DNA of 64,000 nucleotides, taken from Myxococcaceae bacterium. Its GTDB lineage: Bacteria > Myxococcota > UBA727 > JABDBI01. The notes under the pieces are model-generated. The model did no database searches, was not told the origin of the DNA, and was given only the letters and a program-made list of their open reading frames with translations. The position numbers were made by a program, and so were the translations under genes. Positions 1 through 9,534 of the stretch are shown piece after piece. Numbering within the stretch: the first letter of the stretch is position 1; each line of letters starts with the position of its first letter. The stretch lies in assembly GCA_016000045.1 (NCBI GenBank), contig JAECQY010000003.1, positions 91-64,090 on the forward strand, given 5' to 3'.

Positions 1-426
1 GCCGTTGCTCAGGCTTCTCAGGTGGCCGCCAGTATGACACCTATCCATGCGCCTGGAGTCGTCCGTACCCAAGCGATGCGAGTGGATCCGCTCAGGCGAG
101 TTGGTGATTGGTATCGAGGCCCGCGCGATGCCCGAGATATCCCTGCTCTGGAATGGGACCGTAAGAGTCCTAAGGCAATGACTTTTGAAGAAGCCAAAGC
201 TTATGCAGCGAGTCGTTCGTCGGAAGGATGGCGGCTGCCAACGATTTGGGAATTAGAGGCGCTGTATCAACAACGAGGTGCAGTAGAAAAACAAGATGGC
301 GATGTGTATTGGTCTGGCACTCCAGTTGAGGGTAATGCTCCTCTCGCGTGGATCGTCGATTTCTATGGTGGCTACGTCTACGGCATTGTTATGGGCAATT
401 CTGGCTATGTCCGTTGCGCGCGTTGA
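1..426 (+). CDS. DUF1566/Lcl C-type-lectin-fold protein, 5'-truncated by window edge; probable DGR target
   Basis: Frame open from base 1; motifs LEW..MTFEEAKAYA, GWRLPTIWELEAL, YWSGT, AWIVDF..G.V, YVRCAR. Confidence 0.85.
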   Translation, partial: AVAQASQVAASMTPIHAPGVVRTQAMRVDPLRRVGDWYRGPRDARDIPALEWDRKSPKAMTFEEAKAYAASRSSEGWRLPTIWELEALYQQRGAVEKQDGDVYWSGTPVEGNAPLAWIVDFYGGYVYGIVMGNSGYVRCAR

Positions 427-440
427 GGATGGGATGTTGA
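295..440 (+). other. DGR variable region (VR) plus IMH-like tail
   Basis: 19 of 22 codons from CTC-GCG-TGG to the TAT before VRCAR end in C/T and fit an AAY-derived pattern (NAWNVNFNNGNVNNNNKNNNNY); the post-stop motif is shared with two other Lcl genes. Confidence 0.75.
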
Positions 441-473
441 CGCTTTGACTTTTGGTCCTTTAGACTTTTTTCT

Positions 474-511
474 TGCGCGACCGAAGGTCCGCGCACCAGG
501 CGGAGCCTGGT
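474..511 (+). promoter_or_regulatory. Two adjacent GC-rich hairpins with GAA/GGA triloops (DGR cis-acting hairpin type)
   Basis: tgcgcgacc-gaa-ggt(c)cgcgca and accaggc-gga-gcctggt, ~50 nt downstream of the VR stop codon. Confidence 0.7.
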
Positions 512-625
512 AGCAGGAATGTCGGGAGAGCGATGGTCGCCTTAAAATCGCATCGAATGCGATGATGGATGTGCAAAACAGATGCAAGGCTTCGGGTGTG
601 GACTCAGCTAGGCGTTACGATCAGG

Positions 626-642
626 TTGAGGACACGCCTTAG
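626..642. repeat. Short IS5-like terminal sequence (copy 1)
   Basis: ttgaggacacgccttag matches the 3' part of the repeats at 930-968 and 34786-34824. Confidence 0.5.
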
Positions 643-662
643 TTTCATGGAACAAAAGTAGA

Positions 663-860
663 CTAGGCTTCTCTCATCATCGATGCCCTTCGGAAGCGTT
701 CAAAACAATCTCGCTGCTTTTGAAGATCGGATTGAGCCGGAGGAGCGGCGGCCTGTTTTAAGGTTCGATGCATTTGTTCATGGCGTCCATGCTGCTGCGG
801 TTTTCCAGGCGCAAAATTCTTGAGAGACCGCGTCACGGCCCCCCAGTTCGAAGCTTCCAT
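663..860 (-). pseudogene. IS481-family transposase/integrase-core remnant
   Basis: PGKPQQHGRHEQMHRTLK..PP..DLQKQRDCFERFR resembles the P..PQ.NG..ER.HRTLK motif; only a fragment is present. Confidence 0.65.
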
Positions 861-929
861 AGATCAGAGTCTCAAACCTTTGTCGATTGGGGTTTTGTCA
901 CGATATTCCGAACGGAATACGAAATTTAC

Positions 930-968
930 CCCCAATTTTAGCCAAACTCAAATTGAGGACACACCCTA
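930..968. repeat. 39-bp dispersed repeat, IS5-like element end (copy 2)
   Basis: 37/39 identical to 34786-34824. Confidence 0.8.
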
Positions 969-1101
969 ATTCAACGTGAACGGATCTGGAGTAGGGGTCA
1001 AAAACGGCTGCGACAATAAACGCAACCACAATTGCGTTGCGAAGCTCATCGCTTTGCTAGAGCGGCCACAAAGACGAGCAAGAGTTCAAAAAAGCCAATT
1101 C

Positions 1102-1914
1102 CTAGCATGGCCAAGTTTCAGGAGTTACTGGAAATCTAGGAAACGTTGCGTCAAGAGGAAGCTCTGCATGGCTCAGAGTATCAGGGTAGTAAACTTCTTC
1201 TAGGCTTAGGCCATGGGCCGGGGCCGTTGGGCCCGCCAATTGACGATCACGCGAATCTCGGATGCGGCAAAGATCCTGGGCATCGCGCTTTCCCATTCCA
1301 ACTTCGACTAGAGTGCCGACCATGATGCGAACCATATTGTGGCAAAAAGCATTTCCACGAATATCAATATGAACCTCAGGAGTGATTCGAATCAACCAAA
1401 GATAGCGCCGCGCATGCTCTGCTGTGCAATGAACGGAACGAAAACTTTCGTAGTCGTGGTCTCCAACTAAATAGTTTGCCGCCTCTTGCATGGCTTCCAA
1501 ATTTAAAGGCTGACGGATATCCCAGGCAAAAAGTCGGTTAAAGGGATTTAATTTTGCTTGCTGACTAATGCGATAGACATAGCGCTTACCAATGGATTGC
1601 CGCTTGGCATCAAAACCCACATGCATGCGATCCGCTCGGTAGACTTTAATATTGGGGCCGACAAAATGAGAAAGGGCTGCAGGGAGAGTCCGCTCATCAA
1701 ATCGACTGTAGAATTGGCAAGAGACAACTTGGCCACGAGCATGAACGCCCGCATCGGTTCGACCCGCAGGGGTTAATCGAGGACGCTCTCCCAGCAATTG
1801 CTCAAAGGCATCGGAGAGCTTCGACTCGATGGTTTCGAGTCCAGGTTGGTGCTGATAACCTGCATATTGGGTCCCCAGGTAAGAAATCCATAGACGCCAG
1901 GTGTTAAGCTGCAT
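1102..1914 (-). CDS. truA: tRNA pseudouridine(38-40) synthase
   Basis: AGRTDAGVHARGQV, GNAFCHNMVRIMVGTL, TAPAHGLSL. Confidence 0.95.
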   Translation of the reverse strand: MQLNTWRLWISYLGTQYAGYQHQPGLETIESKLSDAFEQLLGERPRLTPAGRTDAGVHARGQVVSCQFYSRFDERTLPAALSHFVGPNIKVYRADRMHVGFDAKRQSIGKRYVYRISQQAKLNPFNRLFAWDIRQPLNLEAMQEAANYLVGDHDYESFRSVHCTAEHARRYLWLIRITPEVHIDIRGNAFCHNMVRIMVGTLVEVGMGKRDAQDLCRIRDSRDRQLAGPTAPAHGLSLEEVYYPDTLSHAELPLDATFPRFPVTPETWPC

Positions 1915-2089
1915 GCCCCTTTTTATCCCCATAGACGCGACCCGAAATGTCGTCGGCTTGCTGCGCCAAATCTGGGAGTGCTTGAAGGTGCTGTTGCAAT
2001 TCTTTTTGGGTCATTTTCTGATTGGTTACAAAACGGTGCATCACACGCTTGTCAAACTGCAAGGGATCGATTTTCTTCTTCTCTGCCAT
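1904..2089 (-). CDS. Small hypothetical protein
   Basis: ORF between hpt and truA, overlapping the truA start; FDKRVMHR..HLQALPDLA. Confidence 0.6.
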   Translation of the reverse strand: MAEKKKIDPLQFDKRVMHRFVTNQKMTQKELQQHLQALPDLAQQADDISGRVYGDKKGHAA

Positions 2090-2138
2090 CTTGAGGAGGC
2101 TCATACCACACCACATCTCAATAGCAAGGAAGGCTTGT

Positions 2139-2660
2139 TTACTCTACAACACCTACAAAAGGCAAATTCCTCATGGTTTGGCTCCAATCTAAGCCGTAGC
2201 CTACAACAAAACGATCCGGTATTTGAAATCCGCAAAAATCAATCAAGATAGTGCCATTATTTTGAGTGGGTTTTTCAAGCAAGGAGCAGAGTGAAAGACT
2301 CGCAGGAGAACGAGAACGAAGGTTTTCAAGAAGATAGCGCGCTGTGAGACCAGTATCAACGATGTCTTCAACGATCAAAACGTGACGGTTTTGGATCGGA
2401 CGCGTTAAATCTTGAGTAATTTGGACCACTCCAGAGCTTTTGGTTGCTTCTCCATAAGAAGAGACTCCCATGAACTCGATTTCCTGAGAAAGTGTAATTT
2501 GCCTGCATAAATCGGCTAAAAATAGAAAGGAGCCTTTGAGAACTCCAATCAAGACCAAGGGCTCTGAAAGCTCTTGGTAGTGTTCAGAAATTTGTTTTCC
2601 AAGTTCCGCAATTCGTTTTTGAAGTTGTTCTTCAGAGATTAAAACATTTACAGTAGGCAT
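2139..2660 (-). CDS. hpt: Hypoxanthine phosphoribosyltransferase
   Basis: [34 protein letters not shown]. Confidence 0.95.
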   Translation of the reverse strand: MPTVNVLISEEQLQKRIAELGKQISEHYQELSEPLVLIGVLKGSFLFLADLCRQITLSQEIEFMGVSSYGEATKSSGVVQITQDLTRPIQNRHVLIVEDIVDTGLTARYLLENLRSRSPASLSLCSLLEKPTQNNGTILIDFCGFQIPDRFVVGYGLDWSQTMRNLPFVGVVE

Positions 2661-2731
2661 TATTTACGATCTCCACAAATCTGCTCCAAGCGAGCAGAGT
2701 AGGATGTGCCTACAGGCGTATCCAGACTTGG

Positions 2732-3952
2732 TCAACAATGTTCTTGGCTTTTGGATCGAAGGCCAGCCCCAGCGCAGTTAAGTCTGCTGGCTAACTGTTG
2801 CCAAGGAGCAAAAGAGTCTTGCCGCGTCAGCATAGGCGCTAATACGCGGATCATCGATTGCGTGACTTCTTGGTTTGGAAATGCAAGTTGATAGAGGGCA
2901 CTTTCCGAGTCATAGTTCCGAATGGTTAAATAACCGGTTTGAAACAATAGCGTCGGGAGTTGAATCTGCTCAACATCAAAGGCTCCTAGGTCTTCGCTCG
3001 ATAACACAAGATTCTCTAAATCTAAGATAGGGTAGCTTTTCTCTTGAATGAGCTTAACGAGGAAACTGGGCGTGCCCGTTTGAGACCAGTAGTCTTCAAA
3101 CTGTCCTCGATTAAGGGCTTTTAAGACCGAGCAGGGGTTATAAACCTTCTTCTCGGAGTAAGGAGAAAATCGATAGCCATTGTACCACTCCTGCAATGTT
3201 AAGTAGAGTTTCTCCAAGGAGCATCGATGTTTATGGGCGACGGCTTGGATGTGCTCTGAGAAATAAAGCCTCAATTCTTCAGGCTCGATTCCCAAGAGTG
3301 TGGCTGCTTGTTCGCTTAGGGTTAAGTCTTCTAGGTTATTAATACCGGAAAAGATGGATGTTTTATTAAACTTGGTGACGCCAGTGAGAAAAACAAAGCG
3401 TAGATGGCAATCTAATGCTTTGATAACTCCATAAAAGGACTTCAGAATCGCTCGCATAGCCTCTGCAATGTGTGGACGGTCGATATGTGCGAGCATCGGC
3501 GCGTCGTATTCGTCGATCAACAGCACCACGGAGCTTTGGCTGGAAAGCGCCTCTATCAAAGTAGACAAACAAGCCGCAGGAGTTGCTGCAGAAGCGAGGC
3601 TGATATCGAGATTCTGCGCAATGCGTTCTAACTTTTGCAGGAGGTCTCTTTCAAAGCGCTCCGGAGTGCTCATGTCCATTTCGACCAGGCTGATGCGCAA
3701 GACGGGGTGTTTAGGCCAGCTGTAATCACTCTGGCTTATCCAAAGACCTTGAAACAGCTCTCGATTGCCTAAAAAAATTTGCTCTAAGGTTGAAATCAGT
3801 AAGGTTTTTCCAAAACGTCTGGGCCTTGAGAGAAAGAAATTTTCTCCTGAACCGGTTAGGAGATGATAAAGCTGCTTGGTCTTGTCAACGTAAACGCAGT
3901 TGTTTTTAATGAGTTTCGGAAAATCAGCCGTATTATCAGGAAGGCGCTTCAC
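2732..3952 (-). CDS. AAA-ATPase-like protein (AAA-ATPase_like family), apparently lacking the C-terminal PD-(D/E)XK domain
   Basis: YVDKT, FLSRPRRFGKT, LLIDEYDAP, FLTGVTKF, WYNGYRF, LLFQTGYLTI, FPNQEV; ends at 406 aa. Confidence 0.85.
   Translation of the reverse strand: MKRLPDNTADFPKLIKNNCVYVDKTKQLYHLLTGSGENFFLSRPRRFGKTLLISTLEQIFLGNRELFQGLWISQSDYSWPKHPVLRISLVEMDMSTPERFERDLLQKLERIAQNLDISLASAATPAACLSTLIEALSSQSSVVLLIDEYDAPMLAHIDRPHIAEAMRAILKSFYGVIKALDCHLRFVFLTGVTKFNKTSIFSGINNLEDLTLSEQAATLLGIEPEELRLYFSEHIQAVAHKHRCSLEKLYLTLQEWYNGYRFSPYSEKKVYNPCSVLKALNRGQFEDYWSQTGTPSFLVKLIQEKSYPILDLENLVLSSEDLGAFDVEQIQLPTLLFQTGYLTIRNYDSESALYQLAFPNQEVTQSMIRVLAPMLTRQDSFAPWQQLASRLNCAGAGLRSKSQEHC
2797..2841. repeat. 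45-bp direct repeat (copy in 3' end of the AAA gene)
   Basis: 44/45 identical to 4002-4046. Confidence 0.85.
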
Positions 3953-4001
3953 GCATGTGGTTTAGCTGGAGTAGATGAGGATGTAAAGATGCGACTAGAG
4001 G

Positions 4002-4046
4002 GTTGCCAAGGAGCAAAAGAGTTTTGCCGCGTCAGCATAGGCGCTA
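4002..4046. repeat. 45-bp direct repeat (copy upstream of the AAA gene)
   Basis: 44/45 identical to 2797-2841; weaker similarity continues ~20 bp. Confidence 0.85.
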
Positions 4047-4235
4047 CACGCATCATCGACTGAGTGTCCGTGTTCGAACACGCATGAGCTTAAAAGGGCT
4101 ACTCTTTATCGCTTGCCATTTTTCTAAGTTGGCGGGAATGGCTGCTTAAATTGTAAACTATCTTGCACTATCAAAACTTACTTGTTAGCCCTCGAGCATA
4201 GCCTAAATTTTTGTTAAAATTATTTGGAGTGTTAG

Positions 4236-5723
4236 GTGGCGTTGTTTGTTTTCGCTATTATCTTTGCGAGCTCTTGGGGAGTTGCTTCGACTGATTCGAG
4301 TTTGTTTTGCAATAATTTTTCTGTGCAGCTCTATCTTACCTCTGCCTCTGAAAAAGCCCTTCCTGAGCCTGTGCTTCCAGTTTTGCTAACGGACATAACT
4401 GAAAATGGGGTTGCGGTATCGACAGTAGCGGGTGCTGTGGCGATGGTGGACCCCACACAGATCGCTCAGAATGCTCGTTCTGGGTTGACAGTGGATTTGC
4501 TGAGCTGCAACGAAGCCTTGTCAGTCCAAGCGGGTCCACTACCTTGGGCCAGCAGTCCGACTCGCTTGGCTTTAGGAGACGATTGGCTTCGGTATGACGA
4601 AGGCGCTGTCATAGGAAACTGGGTCTTAATGACGGGTGTACTCGTTATCGGCGCGGGAGTGGCTCATAAAATGGGCTTTGAAGTGGTACAATTTCCAGGT
4701 GCACTCATTTTGCCAACCTTCTTCTTGATTTCTTCCACCTTTGCTTCTTCGATAGCACTCCTGCGAGAGGGTGCTCCGGGTCAACAAGCAATTGGTTGCT
4801 TGTCAATGTCTGCTTCATTGGTGGGCATTAGCATCGTTGCGCTGAGGCTATCCCCTCGATTTTTCCAAGCTCAATGGGATGAGGAAAATTGTGTATGGGT
4901 CGATCGAAGCGAAAGTCAAACAGGTTGGGTCCTTCGTTATGGGAAATTGTTTGATTCCTACATCAAGGGCAGGCAAGGCTATGTGGTGATCGAGTTGTTA
5001 ACTTCCATAGCCGTAGGCACTTTAAAGTCGTATCAAATTTTAGAGCAAAATTGTGCGACATTGCTATGGTCAGGAGCTGCCGTTTACGATCTTTATGCTC
5101 TCTCACAAATAGCTCTGCATCCCCATCGAGATCGATATGCGCAAATTTTTTACAGCACAGTTGCTACACTCCAAGCAGTGGCATTAACCACGCAAGCCAT
5201 CGCTTCGGTGTCCAGCTCGGAAGAGACGCAAGAGCAAGTTAAAGTGGTCACTCAATCAATCGTTACAGCAACTCGGTACGTGATGATGGTTAAAACCCTG
5301 CTCGGGGTTGGATTGCGAGCTAAAGACTGGTTCGATCGCTTTCGCCAGTCAAGGCTCGCTCCACCTTTATCTTTAGAGCCAGAAAAGCTATTGAAAGAAG
5401 CACTGCCCGAAGTTTCGGTTTTCCCTTCCACGGAACCCTTGGTAAATCTACTGCTTTCGGATCAGGGCCCAGAGTTGTTAGCTGTAGACGAAGGGAGCTC
5501 GATTGAGCAAGAGTTACGGTCAATGCAGGAGGTATTGTCTGCCGATACATCTTTACGAAGTGAAGAAGGATTGCAGCCGACCCTCATGGTCCAAGATCCT
5601 TTTTCATTCGGATTAAGCTCTATTCATGCCACTCCGAGAACTTTGAATGAAGCTATTGAGCATACCGATTATCATTTGAAAACCGACGAAATGTTGCCAA
5701 TAAATCTGGAGAAACCACTTTGA
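4236..5723 (+). CDS. Multi-pass membrane protein with signal peptide, kinetoplastid DGF-1 C-terminal-like
   Basis: 495-aa ORF with several hydrophobic helices; LPWASSPTRLALG..GAVIGNW, FP..L..P, RYGKLFDSY..GR..Y..IEL resemble Bodo/Trypanosoma membrane proteins as I recall them. Confidence 0.6.
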   Translation: MALFVFAIIFASSWGVASTDSSLFCNNFSVQLYLTSASEKALPEPVLPVLLTDITENGVAVSTVAGAVAMVDPTQIAQNARSGLTVDLLSCNEALSVQAGPLPWASSPTRLALGDDWLRYDEGAVIGNWVLMTGVLVIGAGVAHKMGFEVVQFPGALILPTFFLISSTFASSIALLREGAPGQQAIGCLSMSASLVGISIVALRLSPRFFQAQWDEENCVWVDRSESQTGWVLRYGKLFDSYIKGRQGYVVIELLTSIAVGTLKSYQILEQNCATLLWSGAAVYDLYALSQIALHPHRDRYAQIFYSTVATLQAVALTTQAIASVSSSEETQEQVKVVTQSIVTATRYVMMVKTLLGVGLRAKDWFDRFRQSRLAPPLSLEPEKLLKEALPEVSVFPSTEPLVNLLLSDQGPELLAVDEGSSIEQELRSMQEVLSADTSLRSEEGLQPTLMVQDPFSFGLSSIHATPRTLNEAIEHTDYHLKTDEMLPINLEKPL

Positions 5724-6616
5724 ACAATAAATTAGTGCTTTGTTTTTTGCTGCTCAATCACTTTGGATTCGCTGGATATTTCCACGAAACGAATGTATCC
5801 GATACGGTAGCCAATGAAGCACTAATTCGATTGATTTCGAATAAAACACTTCCTGAGAAAGAGCAGAAAGGATTGATGTCAGTAGGTCTTCATGCGCTGT
5901 TGCAATACCTTTCGCCACAGATTCAAGCGATGCCTGATTACGTCGGTCGATTTCGGGCGAACTGCTCGCTTTTTATGAACTTTCGTATCGAAAAAGTGTC
6001 CTGCGATGTGACATGGACTTGGGCTGAAATGAAAGCCATTGGCTATAACTTGAGTGCGAATTTTCATTTGCCTTCGGAATACCTGGAACAGATCCGACAA
6101 AGCGATATTATGCTGGTCAATATTGATGCGGATTGGAGTGGCAAAACGACAGCTTACTCGGAACAATATGCGTTGGGTCAATTTACTCGAACACTGCCTT
6201 GCGCATTGACAGCGAGTGTGACGGGGCCCTCTGAAACTACGACTGAATGGCTCAGTTCGAGCAAAAGCCAAAACTCCTCTCAAACACCGAGTGAAAGTTT
6301 AAGCAAATCATGGGATTTCAGCGCAACAACCTTTATTTCGCGTTCCAAAACCGCCAGCAGAATTTTGACGAACTCAAACGCGAGCTTAAGTCTAGGCTGT
6401 AGCAATAGTGTCACCGATACCGCTTCTGAAACCTTCGTCAGCAGTTTTAGTACAACTCCAAGTTTCACTCAAATCCAAGCTACCGGCTCACCTTCCAGGT
6501 CAACGTTGTTTGCTCGTCTCAGCTTGACTTTGCTAAATTCTGAAAGCTTAAGCCAGAGTGACTTGCAGACTGGATCACATAGTTTCACTAACTGTACAAA
6601 TACTACGTGCCGGTAG
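5720..6616 (+). CDS. Secreted protein: conserved unknown N-terminal domain plus Ser/Thr-rich stalk, no lectin domain
   Basis: Signal peptide; P.IQAMPDY.G.F.ANCS.F.N..IE.V.C and LV...ADW.GKT shared with 29422-31308 and 53519-56029; 4-nt overlap with the upstream gene. Confidence 0.8.
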   Translation: MNNKLVLCFLLLNHFGFAGYFHETNVSDTVANEALIRLISNKTLPEKEQKGLMSVGLHALLQYLSPQIQAMPDYVGRFRANCSLFMNFRIEKVSCDVTWTWAEMKAIGYNLSANFHLPSEYLEQIRQSDIMLVNIDADWSGKTTAYSEQYALGQFTRTLPCALTASVTGPSETTTEWLSSSKSQNSSQTPSESLSKSWDFSATTFISRSKTASRILTNSNASLSLGCSNSVTDTASETFVSSFSTTPSFTQIQATGSPSRSTLFARLSLTLLNSESLSQSDLQTGSHSFTNCTNTTCR

Positions 6617-6633
6617 AGTAGAAATCGGTAGAT

Positions 6634-7212
6634 TTAGGCATTCCCTTTATGATAGCAACAGCGGCAACGTGCTTCATAAGAATCGTTGGCTCCAACGAAA
6701 ACTTGACTTGTACTGCGATCTTTTAGACGAAAGCTTTTTGTTGCGGATGCTCCACATACAACACAAACGGCGCATTGTTTGGTCACCAGATCCGCAATCG
6801 CAAGCAGGTTTGGCATCGGGCCAAAAGGGCAACCGTCTGAGTCTTGATCCAGCCCGGATAGAATAACGCGGATGCCTGAATTCGCGAACTGTTCAACCAA
6901 AGGGATCAAGGAATGATCAAAAAACTGAGCCTCATCGATTCCAATCAGGTCGATTGGGCTTTGCAGCTGCTCAAGATATTGGACCATGTCATCGGGAGTT
7001 TCGATTGGAATCGAGGGAATCTTTTGAGCAGAGTGGCTGACAATTTGAATTTCATCGAAGCGGATATCGATTTTGGGCTTGAAAACGAGAATGCGTTGCT
7101 TGGCAATTTCGGCTCTTCTAAGCCTTCGGATCAGTTCCTCTGTTTTGCCAGAAAACATGGGCCCGCAGATGACTTCGATGACCCCGGTATTGAGTTGACG
7201 CATTGGTTCCAT
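6634..7212 (-). CDS. tdk: Thymidine kinase
   Basis: [29 protein letters not shown]. Confidence 0.95.
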   Translation of the reverse strand: MEPMRQLNTGVIEVICGPMFSGKTEELIRRLRRAEIAKQRILVFKPKIDIRFDEIQIVSHSAQKIPSIPIETPDDMVQYLEQLQSPIDLIGIDEAQFFDHSLIPLVEQFANSGIRVILSGLDQDSDGCPFGPMPNLLAIADLVTKQCAVCVVCGASATKSFRLKDRSTSQVFVGANDSYEARCRCCYHKGNA

Positions 7213-8521
7213 GGTTCTAATAAGCCCTTACATGATCAAAAATATTTCGAATTGGGAAGGGCGGAAACTAACCTTAAACGGATGGCTTTACAATAAGCGC
7301 GGTTCTGGAAAAATTCAATTTTTGCAAATTCGAGATGGAACGGGTTTTATTCAAGCGGTGATGAGCCGGCAGGATGTATCCGAAGAGGCTTTTGAGTCTG
7401 CATCAAGCTTGTCGCAAGAGTCTTCCTTGCAAGTCACTGGCGTCGTTCGAAAAGACGAGCGAGCCCCTTATTGCGGCTATGAACTTCAAGTGACGGATTT
7501 CAAGGCCGTTTCTCGCTCCGAAGAATATCCAATTTCGAAGAAAGAACACGGAGATGCTTTTCTCATGGACCATCGGCATCTTTGGTTGCGTTCTAGGCGG
7601 CAGCACGCAATTTTGCGCATTCGTGCCACGATTATTAAGGCTTGCCGCGATTACCTAGACTCCAATCATTTTTTATTGGTCGATAGCCCCATTTTTACCC
7701 CGAACGCTTGCGAGGGAACCTCCACGCTTTTCGAAACGCAATGGTTTGATCAAAGAAAAGCCTACCTTTCTCAATCCGGGCAACTTTATCAAGAAGCCGC
7801 TTGCATGGCTTTTGGGAAGTCTTATTGCTTTGGCCCAACTTTTCGAGCAGAAAAAAGCAAAACACGCCGGCACTTGAATGAATTTTGGATGGTGGAGCCA
7901 GAAGCTGCATTTATGGATTTGGAAGGCGATATTCAGCTTGCCGAAGATTTTTTATGCTTCGTGGTTGAACGAGTTTTGAACCAGCACGAACAGGAACTCG
8001 TCGAGATTCTTGAGCGTGATTTAACAGTCGTCAAGAATACCCAAAAGCCGTTTCCAAGATTGCATTACCAAGATGCAGTGCATAAAATCCAAGAACTTGG
8101 GATGGAAATTGAGATGGGAGGCGATTTTGGAGCTCCTCATGAAACCGAACTGACGAAACAGTATGATCGGCCTTTAATCGTCACGCATTTCCCAGCCGCG
8201 ATTAAAGCCTTTTATATGAAAAAAGATTCGGCGGATCCGACCTACGCTGCTTGTATGGATGTTTTAGCCCCAGAAGGCTATGGCGAGATTATTGGGGGCG
8301 GGCAGCGTGAGGAAAATTTGGATCTTCTCTTGCAAGAAATCGATCGACACGGTTTAAATCAAGCAGATTTTGAATGGTTTTTGGATCTCAGGCGCTACGG
8401 CTCCGTGCCACATGCCGGTTTTGGGATGGGAATTGAACGCTGTGTCGCTTGGATCTGCGGCCTGCATCATGTGCGAGAGACGATTCCATTCGCTCGCACG
8501 CTAGACCGACTCAGTCCATGA
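7211..8521 (+). CDS. asnS: Asparagine--tRNA ligase (start may be 7232)
   Basis: [57 protein letters not shown]. Confidence 0.95.
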   Translation: MVLISPYMIKNISNWEGRKLTLNGWLYNKRGSGKIQFLQIRDGTGFIQAVMSRQDVSEEAFESASSLSQESSLQVTGVVRKDERAPYCGYELQVTDFKAVSRSEEYPISKKEHGDAFLMDHRHLWLRSRRQHAILRIRATIIKACRDYLDSNHFLLVDSPIFTPNACEGTSTLFETQWFDQRKAYLSQSGQLYQEAACMAFGKSYCFGPTFRAEKSKTRRHLNEFWMVEPEAAFMDLEGDIQLAEDFLCFVVERVLNQHEQELVEILERDLTVVKNTQKPFPRLHYQDAVHKIQELGMEIEMGGDFGAPHETELTKQYDRPLIVTHFPAAIKAFYMKKDSADPTYAACMDVLAPEGYGEIIGGGQREENLDLLLQEIDRHGLNQADFEWFLDLRRYGSVPHAGFGMGIERCVAWICGLHHVRETIPFARTLDRLSP

Positions 8522-8532
8522 ACCTGTTTGAT

Positions 8533-9168
8533 TTAGTTGACCGGCGGGGGTGCTAAGCGGTTTTTACCTTGCAAAGCATCGTTAATCCGCTGCGCAAGTT
8601 CCTCTGATTCTGGCGAGTTATCTTTCGAGTGAACTCGAAAAAGCTTTCGATTGCGATCGCCTGTGATCACACGAAGCTCAAGAACGTCAGACACGCCTTC
8701 TAGAATTCGACCTAGGCCTTGAGGACTGGATTCAGGGCCCAGTTGTTCCAAGACTCGAGTCGTTCTTTCTGGGCTCATCCCGAGACGAGAAGCTGCTCGT
8801 TGAGGAGTTGCGAAAGAATCCAAATTTCTTTGAATCAAGGCAATTCGTTGCTCTACGTCTCTTAAGCCTGGGGCTTCTCGATTTCCATGATGGCGCAGCA
8901 AATACGCTTCGTAGAGAGCGACTGCCTGGCGAAACTGTTCTCGCAGAGAAGTGGTGGGACCTTCTCTTTGGACGGTTTGAAGCAATTGATTAAACCTGGT
9001 TTGATGCTGTGCAAGTCCGGTTCCGCGCAAAATAGACCAGGCGAGGGTTGCCGTTGCCCAAGCACCTTTCAAAAAGCCATTCGGATTTTCATTCTTTCGA
9101 GCTGCAAAACTGACTGAAGGCACGAGTAAACTGAAGGCGAAAGAGAGTGTGAATATTTTTCTAATCAT
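8533..9168 (-). CDS. Hypothetical secreted protein
   Basis: N-terminal signal peptide (SVSFA|A); part of a tightly packed minus-strand run. Confidence 0.65.
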   Translation of the reverse strand: MIRKIFTLSFAFSLLVPSVSFAARKNENPNGFLKGAWATATLAWSILRGTGLAQHQTRFNQLLQTVQREGPTTSLREQFRQAVALYEAYLLRHHGNREAPGLRDVEQRIALIQRNLDSFATPQRAASRLGMSPERTTRVLEQLGPESSPQGLGRILEGVSDVLELRVITGDRNRKLFRVHSKDNSPESEELAQRINDALQGKNRLAPPPVN

Positions 9169-9531
9169 TTATTTGGCTCCAATTTGTTTGAGCTCTTGAT
9201 GGGCTGCCCAGCATAAAGACACACTGGCCGCAATAACAGCGACAAATCCGACCGCTCCAACCAACAGCTTCTCCTGGCTAAGGTAACCTTTTTCTGAAAG
9301 AGCTTTGGGTGATTCTGTCAAGGGCTCGTGCTTCACTTCGAACTTGATGAGTGATTTCAGGTCGGGCTTTGGAGTCGCCTCTGAGCAGGTATCGGCATCC
9401 AAAGGGATTTGATCTTCTGCACACAAAATCCAGCATTCCTGATCACTTTCATTCCAGCGATAAGCATCCGCACATTCATCCGCGAACAAAGAAAAAGCAA
9501 ATAGAAAATTAATTACTAAAAAAGATTTCAT
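9169..9531 (-). CDS. Hypothetical protein with signal peptide, small Cys domain and C-terminal TM helix
   Basis: FSLFA|DECAD..CWILC..C; hydrophobic C-terminal segment. Confidence 0.65.
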   Translation of the reverse strand: MKSFLVINFLFAFSLFADECADAYRWNESDQECWILCAEDQIPLDADTCSEATPKPDLKSLIKFEVKHEPLTESPKALSEKGYLSQEKLLVGAVGFVAVIAASVSLCWAAHQELKQIGAK

Positions 9532-9534
9532 TTA

